Positions 50,573 through 58,661 of a DNA stretch of 64,000 nt are shown one piece after another. The translations under genes were made by a program, and so were the position numbers. The notes beneath the pieces are model-generated. The model made no database searches, had not been told where the DNA came from, and saw nothing but the letters and a program-made list of their open reading frames with translations. Source of the DNA: a virus (taxonomy: Duplodnaviria > Caudoviricetes); IMG/VR virus record IMGVR_UViG_3300021426_000070, positions 65,360 through 129,359 of that record. One strand, written 5' to 3'. Numbering within the stretch: position 1 is the stretch's first letter; each line of letters opens with the position of its first letter.

Positions 50573-51259
50573 TTATTTTAAGCCAAACTCTTTTTTAAAT
50601 CTTCTGTATAGCAATAATCTTTGCGCTATACCATTATTACCTCCATTAATTACTTTGGTAATCCTTTTTACTATCTCTTCACCAAACATTCCACCATTAT
50701 CACCATCTGCGATTTGGTTTATTTTATTTTTTTCCCAAAACCACATAGCACTTAACTGAGCAAGGTAATACTTCGGATTACTCTTATTCGCCTTACCCAC
50801 AGAATCGGGGTCGCTGAGTACGTTAGCCGTGCATAGGTCATACTTACTGAACGCCATGTAGTTATCCTTGCCCGTCAATTGAATATATCCACGTCCTCTG
50901 TACTTCCACCCGTCACCGCTTGCCTCGCTGCCATTACCCATGCGGTTAGCATAGACCTTATTAGCAATCTTCTGAGGGTTACGGGCATAGGCTTGTGCCG
51001 TCTGTGCATTGAAATACTTTGGAAAGGTCTTTAACAAGCCATCGGCGGAATAATTCAGATTTTCTTCTGTGGCTTTTAAGTAGTTCGATTCGAAAACTGC
51101 TTGTGAAAGATAATGAATAATCCTCTTTGTAGAATTTATACCCATACTTTCAGCCCACATATTAAAACTTGCTACAAAGCAATCAAGCTCTTCATCGGTA
51201 GGCGATGCTATGCCTACAAGAGCCCTTACAATCTGTTGTTTTGTCAATTGCATAATCAA
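50573..51259 (-). CDS. Endolysin, glycoside hydrolase family 19
   Basis: ES..L...EENLNYS, YANRMGNG, DGWKYRGRGYIQLTG, ITKVINGG. Confidence 0.92.
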   Translation of the reverse strand: MIMQLTKQQIVRALVGIASPTDEELDCFVASFNMWAESMGINSTKRIIHYLSQAVFESNYLKATEENLNYSADGLLKTFPKYFNAQTAQAYARNPQKIANKVYANRMGNGSEASGDGWKYRGRGYIQLTGKDNYMAFSKYDLCTANVLSDPDSVGKANKSNPKYYLAQLSAMWFWEKNKINQIADGDNGGMFGEEIVKRITKVINGGNNGIAQRLLLYRRFKKEFGLK

Positions 51260-51349
51260 TCTTCCATATTATTTTCCTTATCATAATGCTCTTCATCACC
51301 TTTCTCTTCGTACTCGGTAAAAAGAGCATTGATAAATCTGATGATATTT

Positions 51350-51841
51350 TTAAACTTTCTCATTGCTTTCCTTGAAAAAATCTTCGGTAGATAGACGCAC
51401 ACGATTTGGGCAACCGACAACTTGACATACAAAAGGGAGAGCCTTCTGCAGTTTAAGTGAGTTATCAAGCATGACCTTTTTCATTTCTGATATCTCGCCC
51501 TCATGCTTCTTCTTAATGTTCGACATTTCTTCCTCATAAGCACTCATCTTCGTACGCATCTGCTCCTTGTCAGCATCATACTCACGGAACTTCTGAAGGA
51601 TATTATTGTAGTCATCAAGAAGGCGTTGGTTCTCTTCCCTCAGCTTTGAGTTCACGCTGTTACTCATCTGTAAGGCGTTTGTATAAACCTCTTGCCACTC
51701 CTTAGCTGCCACAGCCTCTTGTTGGATAGCTGCGCTTTTCGCTTTCTTACGCTCCCATCTTGCAGTGAAGAGCCATCCTAGACCGCCACCGCCCAACAGC
51801 GTAAGTATATTCATTAACATATCGGAATACTGCTCTACCAT
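51350..51841 (-). CDS. Holin-like membrane-anchored coiled-coil protein
   Basis: N-terminal LLGGGGLGWLF helix, coiled coil, C-terminal C....C..R; upstream of lysin; promoter at 51862-51869. Confidence 0.55.
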   Translation of the reverse strand: MVEQYSDMLMNILTLLGGGGLGWLFTARWERKKAKSAAIQQEAVAAKEWQEVYTNALQMSNSVNSKLREENQRLLDDYNNILQKFREYDADKEQMRTKMSAYEEEMSNIKKKHEGEISEMKKVMLDNSLKLQKALPFVCQVVGCPNRVRLSTEDFFKESNEKV

Positions 51842-51961
51842 CTATCTATCTATCTTTTTTGCAAAGATACGCAGAAAATTGACAATCTGTATCTTCTGCC
51901 GCAGAACAATATGGAACATTTTTAAAAGTGTATGAAAAGAGAGGCGTTTAAGCCCCTCTAA

Positions 51962-52195
51962 TCACACCTTACACTCACCTCTGAGACGTTTGAAAGCCCG
52001 TTCTAACGTCCGTGTGCTAACACCGAGCTCTTCCGCTAGCTCTGTAATCGCCGCAATGTGCTTTACATGATAACCTCGCATACAAAGATACTCTTCGTAA
52101 GCCTTTACATACTTGTAATCATCAAGAAACAAACCATTTTGGTTCATCAACGATAGCACGTGAGTGCTAATTTTAAGTAGCTCAACCACTTTCAT
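51962..52195 (-). CDS. Small HTH protein (likely start 52195)
   Basis: LAEELGVSTRTLERAFKRL. Confidence 0.75.
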   Translation of the reverse strand: MKVVELLKISTHVLSLMNQNGLFLDDYKYVKAYEEYLCMRGYHVKHIAAITELAEELGVSTRTLERAFKRLRGECKV

Positions 52196-52455
52196 AATAA
52201 ATGTTTTTAAAATTATTACTATATTTGCAACGTGGTTGGTAAAGAGAGGAATTACTTGCTTGCGAAAGTAGGTGTTCCTCTTACTTTTTACAAAGATAGT
52301 CATTTTTGAGGTTACAGCATACAAACCACACCAAGAAACAAGTCACACTTTTGAATATGTGCGCAAATTTAAAATTGGTTAAATATTTGGCTGTTTATAT
52401 TTTTATTATTACCTTTGCCTAAAAAATAAGAGAGGCACTCATAAAAAACTGTTGT

Positions 52456-53010
52456 ATGAAACGCATCGAGCTTTACATGATTGACGGCATGATACATGCT
52501 AAAGAAGACGATAGGTCTTTTGTTGTCAACGAGTCTGCAAGGGATTTCATTGACAAGGTTCTGAACGTTATCAAAGATAACTACCCTATTACGTACAAGT
52601 CTTTGGACGAGTATTACAAAGATAGTGCGTTGAACAAGCCGTATCACAAATTCCGTATTGTCAACAGATTCTTGAAATGCAACTTTGCCAAACTCGACAC
52701 CACACACTACGACATCGAGACAGACAAAGGCGATATGGTCATGAATTTCGAGAATGTTGATTGTCCGTTAAAGGACGAGTGTAAACTGAAAGGTATCGTC
52801 TGTATGCCTAAGTTCAACTCCAACCTATCGAACAGAGAACTCGAGGTTGCAAAACTTTGGCTCGATGGGCTTGATGCTGAGAGTATCGCAGAGAAACTTT
52901 ATCTTTCAACGGACACCGTCAAAAACCATGTAAGAAACATATATGATAAGATTGGTGTTCACACGAAAATGGATTTTGCGAAATATATGATTAGACATAA
53001 TATTTATTAA
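52456..53010 (+). CDS. LuxR-type HTH transcriptional regulator with Cys-containing N-terminal region
   Basis: LSNRELEV...IAEKLYLSTDTVKNHVRNIYDKIG; CPLKDEC...VC. Confidence 0.9.
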   Translation: MKRIELYMIDGMIHAKEDDRSFVVNESARDFIDKVLNVIKDNYPITYKSLDEYYKDSALNKPYHKFRIVNRFLKCNFAKLDTTHYDIETDKGDMVMNFENVDCPLKDECKLKGIVCMPKFNSNLSNRELEVAKLWLDGLDAESIAEKLYLSTDTVKNHVRNIYDKIGVHTKMDFAKYMIRHNIY

Positions 53011-53091
53011 CATTAATAACAACTGCCTTTCTTATTTAAAACAGAGGACGAGTTTTTAACCCGCCCTCTATTTTTTTGTGAATTGTCCCTA

Positions 53092-53262
53092 TTACAGATT
53101 GAGACGTTTATACAGCTTGCGAACCGTAAAGCATGCAAGAGCTCCGTTACCCAATGCCGCAAAAGCAAAAATATACAACTTGTAATAGAACAAGTAGCCA
53201 AAACAGCCGATTGTGCCTAATATCCAAACGGCTAACGCAAAAATAAAAAGTAATCCTTTCAT
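53092..53262 (-). CDS. 56-aa membrane protein with two hydrophobic segments (MKGLLFIFALAVW...)
   Basis: Manual translation; basic C-terminus. Confidence 0.6.
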   Translation of the reverse strand: MKGLLFIFALAVWILGTIGCFGYLFYYKLYIFAFAALGNGALACFTVRKLYKRLNL

Positions 53263-53286
53263 AACTTAATATTTAGGGGTTAATAA

Positions 53287-56220
53287 TCATGCAGCAATCT
53301 CTACAGTCCAACCGCTTGGAATACCACTTGCTCCTTCGGGGATTTCTACACCATCTGCCTTAACGAACGTACCTGTGGCGGAAGCACGACTGAGCCAACC
53401 ACTCAAACAAGAACTTGCACTAATATCTGTTGCCAACATTTTTACATAGTTGATATTTGTGCAGCCTTGGAACATTTGATAATAGCAATTGTCTGTGAGC
53501 GTTGTAGCGGGCAGCACAGGTGCAGTTGTCAACGATGTGCAATCAATGAACATAGAATTATAGCAACCGTTTGCAAGTGTTGTTGCTGGCAGTTCGGGTG
53601 CAGAGGTAAGTGACCGACAACCATTGAACATATAATAATAGCAACTGTTTGCGAGCGTTGTAGCGGGCAGTGTATTTGGCGCAGTGGTCAACGATGTGCA
53701 GCCACTGAACATATTTTCACAGCAACGGCTTTCGAGTGTTGTAGCAGACAGTTCGGGTGCTGACGCCAACGATGTGCAACCACGGAACATAGAAGCATAG
53801 CAAGAGTCAAAGAGCGTTGTAGCGGGCAGTATATTTGGCGCAGTGGTCAAAGATGTGCAACCACTGAACATATTTTCATAACAAGAGGCTGATAGCGATG
53901 TTGCGGGCAGTTCGGGTGCTGACGCCAACGATGTGCAACCATTGAACATATAATAATAGCAATTGATTGTGAGTGTCATTGCGGGCAGTATATTTTGCGC
54001 AGTGGTCAACGATGTGCAGCCTTGGAACATATAAGCATAGCTACGGCTTTCGAGTGTTGTAGCGGGCAGTTCGGGTACTGATATAAGTGAACTACAACCA
54101 TTGAACATGCTAGTATAGCCATTGGATGTGACTTTTTTAGCGGGCAGCACTAAGCTTTCAGCCTTGCGTACTTTTGAATTTTTAAACAAGTAACGGAACA
54201 CAGAACCCTCCCCATTAAGACTTGTTTGTCCTACAAAGTTATCTCCGTAAAGCAACGACATTATGTTACCCTCGACATCAAAGTTTTTCGATGAAGTGAA
54301 TGTACCGATACCATCACTTGATGTAGGTGTAAGCGTGGTGTTGTTCTTCCACATAATCTTTTTACCAACGGCTACTGTAGGTGTAGTGCCATTAGCGGCT
54401 AACTCCGTCCAATGCCTACCCTCATCGAGTGAGTAGCTTAGTCCCGCTTTTGAAAAGCCAAAGGTGCTATCCTCAACGGGAATAAAGGTAAGATAATCTT
54501 CAGAGAAAGGGACGTAGGAGTTTACCGTCCAACCGCTAGGTATGCCACTTGAGCCACTTGGTATTTCTACACCATCAGCTTTCACGAACGTACCCGTGGC
54601 GGCAACACCACTGAGCCAATCACTCAAACAGCCAATTGCGCTTATATCTGTTGCAAGCATCTTGACGTAATTGAGATGGGTACAGCCTTTGAACATAAAT
54701 TGATAACAACTGCCTGAAAGAGTTGTTGCGGGGAGTTCGGGGGCGGTAGTTAACGATGTACAGTCTTTGAACATGCTGCCACAGCAATAGACTGCGAGCG
54801 TTGTAGCGGGAAGAATCAAATTATTTGCGTTTCTTATATTGCCGTTATAAAACAATCCCTTAAACGCATGATTCTTTCCACTCAAACTTGTCTGACCAAC
54901 AAAGTTATCGCCAAAGAACAACGACATTATGTTACCTTGTGCATCAAACTTCTTGCTAGAAGAGAAAGTACCGATACCATTGTTTGAAGAAGGTGTGAGA
55001 GTTGTGTTGTTCTTCCACATAATCTTTGAACCCGCTGTTACGGTTGGTGTTGTGCCGTTGGCGGCTAACTCCGTCCAAGTAGAGCCATTATCGGTAGAAT
55101 AGCTCAGACCATCTTCGCTAAAGCCGAATGTAGAGTCCTCTACTGGAACGAAAGTAAGATACTTAGCAGAATAATCCAAAGGTACAGCAGTAATCTGATA
55201 CTGAGCAGTTGCACCCTCATAGTTAGCGTTTGCAGCAACAGAAGCAATGATATTACAAGTACCTTGCGCTACACCATTAACGACATTGCCCTCAACAGTA
55301 GCCACGTTCTCATCACTTGAGAAATAGCTGATATTACCACCGCCAGCAGATACAGCAGCAGCGACCTCAACGGTATCACCAACATCTACGCTACTTGGAG
55401 CAGAGGTAAAGCTGATTGTACGAGCCGCCTTTGCGATATTGAAGGTGGTAGAGCCAATAACCTCATAGTTACCCGCAATATTATCCTTGATAACTACATT
55501 GGCAGTACCCGCATTGATATTGTTGGAAATCTCTACGGTGTACTCTGCTGTTGGGATAACCCTCTGTCCGTCCTTTACAACTACCGAAGGCACACATGGA
55601 CTGCCGTTATATGTAAAGCTGCTTGGTGTCAGCTCAATAGTCGGGTCGTTGACGAACTTCTCAGCGATAGTGCAACGGAGCGTCTTAGGCTCTATGCCCT
55701 CGTACAAATCGTTTGCCTCCATCTTATACTCGACTTTATAAACGCCAACATTTGTTGCTGTGGGTACAGAGTCAGACCACTCACCACCATTAAGGCGATA
55801 CTTGACAACGCCCGTACCGCTACCCGCTGTGACAAGTGCTTGTGCTTCGCCCGAATAGCGTGTAGAAACGGCTGTCGGCTCTGTGTAGTACTTACCCTTG
55901 CCCTTGGTGATACTAAAGCCTGTGCCCCAATACAAATCCACACTCTCGAGGATGTCGGCATTAGGCGCAATGGACTCGAGATAGAGCTTGTTCCACTCGT
56001 TAAGGCGCACGGGTATTTCCGCAGCCTTATCATCGGTCATACATTTAACACTCAGCACAATGTCGGGTGTTGCTATTTCAGCACCTACCTTTGGTCGTGC
56101 ATAAATCGTAAACCCCTCCTTATTCGGCAAAGAGAAGCCATTGGCAAGACTTTCAATCTTGCCGTGTGCCACAATCCTTGACGCACTTACATATTCGGGG
56201 ATATAAGAATTGCTTCCCAT
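53287..56220 (-). CDS. Ig-like plus BspA-type leucine-rich-repeat protein, probably virion-associated (likely start 56220)
   Basis: Repeats LPATTL..CY..MF.GCTSL..AP; Ig-like domains; duplicated LRR module. Confidence 0.85.
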   Translation of the reverse strand: MGSNSYIPEYVSASRIVAHGKIESLANGFSLPNKEGFTIYARPKVGAEIATPDIVLSVKCMTDDKAAEIPVRLNEWNKLYLESIAPNADILESVDLYWGTGFSITKGKGKYYTEPTAVSTRYSGEAQALVTAGSGTGVVKYRLNGGEWSDSVPTATNVGVYKVEYKMEANDLYEGIEPKTLRCTIAEKFVNDPTIELTPSSFTYNGSPCVPSVVVKDGQRVIPTAEYTVEISNNINAGTANVVIKDNIAGNYEVIGSTTFNIAKAARTISFTSAPSSVDVGDTVEVAAAVSAGGGNISYFSSDENVATVEGNVVNGVAQGTCNIIASVAANANYEGATAQYQITAVPLDYSAKYLTFVPVEDSTFGFSEDGLSYSTDNGSTWTELAANGTTPTVTAGSKIMWKNNTTLTPSSNNGIGTFSSSKKFDAQGNIMSLFFGDNFVGQTSLSGKNHAFKGLFYNGNIRNANNLILPATTLAVYCCGSMFKDCTSLTTAPELPATTLSGSCYQFMFKGCTHLNYVKMLATDISAIGCLSDWLSGVAATGTFVKADGVEIPSGSSGIPSGWTVNSYVPFSEDYLTFIPVEDSTFGFSKAGLSYSLDEGRHWTELAANGTTPTVAVGKKIMWKNNTTLTPTSSDGIGTFTSSKNFDVEGNIMSLLYGDNFVGQTSLNGEGSVFRYLFKNSKVRKAESLVLPAKKVTSNGYTSMFNGCSSLISVPELPATTLESRSYAYMFQGCTSLTTAQNILPAMTLTINCYYYMFNGCTSLASAPELPATSLSASCYENMFSGCTSLTTAPNILPATTLFDSCYASMFRGCTSLASAPELSATTLESRCCENMFSGCTSLTTAPNTLPATTLANSCYYYMFNGCRSLTSAPELPATTLANGCYNSMFIDCTSLTTAPVLPATTLTDNCYYQMFQGCTNINYVKMLATDISASSCLSGWLSRASATGTFVKADGVEIPEGASGIPSGWTVEIAA

Positions 56221-56239
56221 AATCTTTTTTGTTTTTTTG

Positions 56240-56722
56240 TTATTTTTGTTCACAGATAATCTCAGACAGAACAACCGTCTGACCAAAAGACCACTCGTTG
56301 CTTGCCATCAGCTTACCGAAAGCCTCGTCAGAAAGTGGCTCAAACTCCACCTCGACCTCTTTGTTGGCATACTCTTCCAAAGCCTTACCAACGAGCTTAT
56401 TGTAAGGCACAAGAACCTCATTGATGAATTGGTCGTACTCAGCAGCACCCATAGGCAGCTTGCTTGCATCAAGGTTAGGCGTACGCTTCATGCGCTCATA
56501 CTCTTGCGCCTTCTGATACTTCTCAGTAAAGTCCTTGTCCTTTGGCTTCAGCTTATCGGCGGCATCCTTGGAATCCTCTTCAAACTTGGTAGCGATAGGC
56601 TTCAAGGTGCGTGCAATCTTCCATACCTTCACCTTGTCATCGTCACCCATTGATGCATACTTAGCAGCGTTGAGGATGTTGTAAGCTGCCAAAATCTCAT
56701 TTGTCTTGATTTTCTTCTTCAT
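56240..56722 (-). CDS. Hypothetical helical protein of the tail region
   Basis: ORF track; promoter at 56752-56759. Confidence 0.7.
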   Translation of the reverse strand: MKKKIKTNEILAAYNILNAAKYASMGDDDKVKVWKIARTLKPIATKFEEDSKDAADKLKPKDKDFTEKYQKAQEYERMKRTPNLDASKLPMGAAEYDQFINEVLVPYNKLVGKALEEYANKEVEVEFEPLSDEAFGKLMASNEWSFGQTVVLSEIICEQK

Positions 56723-56835
56723 AATTTTGTTTTCGTTAAATATAAACCTTGCAAATATAAGAAAAAAATATCATCTATACAAGATTATTCACATCTTTTA
56801 AGAAAAAGCAAAGAGGGCACGAAGCCCTCAGTACC

Positions 56836-57132
56836 TTAATCATTCGGTGGGGTGATGATGTTTGACTCGATTTCATCAATAGCATCCCACACAAGGTTGC
56901 TGTCTCTGCGGCTCATCTGAGAGAGGTCGTAAGTGAACTCATTACCGCTGGGGTAGCCATTAAAATACCCAATGTTAGCACCGATGTTGCCGCCATCGTT
57001 GCGATAGCAGTCACCGTGGATATTGGTGATAGTGTTGTTACTAACGTCCTTGGTGTAGTTACCATTGACGATGATTGAATCTTGCGCACAAGTAAATGTG
57101 CTGTTTTCTGTTGTACTTAAAATGTTGAACAT
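56836..57132 (-). CDS. Hypothetical protein of the tail region
   Basis: ORF track. Confidence 0.7.
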   Translation of the reverse strand: MFNILSTTENSTFTCAQDSIIVNGNYTKDVSNNTITNIHGDCYRNDGGNIGANIGYFNGYPSGNEFTYDLSQMSRRDSNLVWDAIDEIESNIITPPND

Positions 57133-57166
57133 AATAAAAACGTTTTTAAATTGTTAATAAATTATT

Positions 57167-58645
57167 TTATGATGCAACTGCCGTTGCTGTATTAGTTCCC
57201 GTTTTTCGTGGGTCTATTGTAAATTCGAGATTATAATATTTTCTCTCCATACCAGTACTACCATTGTTTTGATAGACGGGGACAAGGACACTTACCTTTG
57301 CGGACGTTCCACTACCACTGAACTGTATTCTACTTCGCAAGCCACTGTAGCTCATTGTGCCACTTATAAGATGTGCGCCATTACCGCTATTGCTTGAGAA
57401 TGTAGAATATCTGTAACCACTCTTAGCATCATAATTTGTACCATAGTTGGACGTTACATAAGATTGGAGATTGCCCGTGCTGTCTGCTGGGAGTATAGAG
57501 CATTGGTTTGTCGTGAAATAGATGCGATTGTCCGCACTGGTACGATAGCCACTAAGATTAAACGTAAAACTTGACACGCTACTAAAATATATATCATACG
57601 TGCGGTCTTCAACCCTATAGTATGTGATAGTTGCGGAAAGACTTGTTACACGCATATTCGTGTATGATGGTGCAGAACTACTATCAAGTAGTGTTTTCGA
57701 TGTACTCGACATGCCCATGATGTTCATACCAAAGAATACGTATTTGTTCAGCGTGTTCTTTGCAAGAATGAACGGCAAAACATACACAGAGTCGCCATAT
57801 TTAAACCCTTTTGAGCCAGTTCCATCTACCAATGATGATGTTGGGAAAAATACGGCTCTTGCGTCTGTAAGTCCTGTAACTGGGTCTGCCGTTGTACCAA
57901 TAGTCGTTATAGCATCACGTGAGATAACACAAGTGGTTGTGCGTGGATTCCACACCATCACACCGAAAAACTTGTATGCTCTTTTAGTGCCGACATTAAA
58001 CTGCTGCCCACCGAATGTTGCCATGCGGCTATCATATTCGATTGAAAACAAGTCGTTCACTCCGAGGTGAGCACCTATACCATCACTTACGCTGTCATAC
58101 TGATAGAATATTTGAGCACCCGCATCTATTACGTTACGACCTCCAGACTGAGGTAACGAGCACGATATAGAAAATGGTCTCGAACCACCGTATTTGTAAT
58201 AATACGGATTATGTGTGTATCGGTAAAAATCAGATAATCGCCCGTATGATGGTGAAATTCTACTCGATTGCGCTGTCATAGCACCACCACTTGCAGATAT
58301 TAAGGCATAAGGATAGCTTGTAGAACCTTCAAGATAGTTATATAATGACATCACAGCATCATTGACTGAGGTAATCTGTGTGCTTACATCTAAGACCAAA
58401 GATGCCATACTGAAACCGCAGCCAATATATAGACTGTCCTTCGGGTTTCCTCTCCACGCCAATTCTATGCCATTTGTTCCAACAGCAAAGCCACCGCCGA
58501 TAAAATCGGTGGGCTTGTACTTGCTCATCATACTTACATGGCTATCTTGACACAATGGCTTCACAGAATCAGAGGTAGCTCCGAGCACCTCCTGTATATC
58601 ATCTACCGATACGGGCATGTTTACAACATTATTGCTTACTGGCAT
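57167..58645 (-). CDS. Tail-fibre-associated protein
   Basis: N-terminal PVSVDDIQEVLG...LC...SMMSKYKP; S/T/G-rich; follows the fibre gene. Confidence 0.7.
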   Translation of the reverse strand: MPVSNNVVNMPVSVDDIQEVLGATSDSVKPLCQDSHVSMMSKYKPTDFIGGGFAVGTNGIELAWRGNPKDSLYIGCGFSMASLVLDVSTQITSVNDAVMSLYNYLEGSTSYPYALISASGGAMTAQSSRISPSYGRLSDFYRYTHNPYYYKYGGSRPFSISCSLPQSGGRNVIDAGAQIFYQYDSVSDGIGAHLGVNDLFSIEYDSRMATFGGQQFNVGTKRAYKFFGVMVWNPRTTTCVISRDAITTIGTTADPVTGLTDARAVFFPTSSLVDGTGSKGFKYGDSVYVLPFILAKNTLNKYVFFGMNIMGMSSTSKTLLDSSSAPSYTNMRVTSLSATITYYRVEDRTYDIYFSSVSSFTFNLSGYRTSADNRIYFTTNQCSILPADSTGNLQSYVTSNYGTNYDAKSGYRYSTFSSNSGNGAHLISGTMSYSGLRSRIQFSGSGTSAKVSVLVPVYQNNGSTGMERKYYNLEFTIDPRKTGTNTATAVAS

Positions 58646-58661
58646 ATCTCACTCTCCTTTC

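Noticed and set aside
53480-54150. CRISPR-like periodic repeats
   Set aside because: They are the coding LRR units; no unique spacers or cas genes
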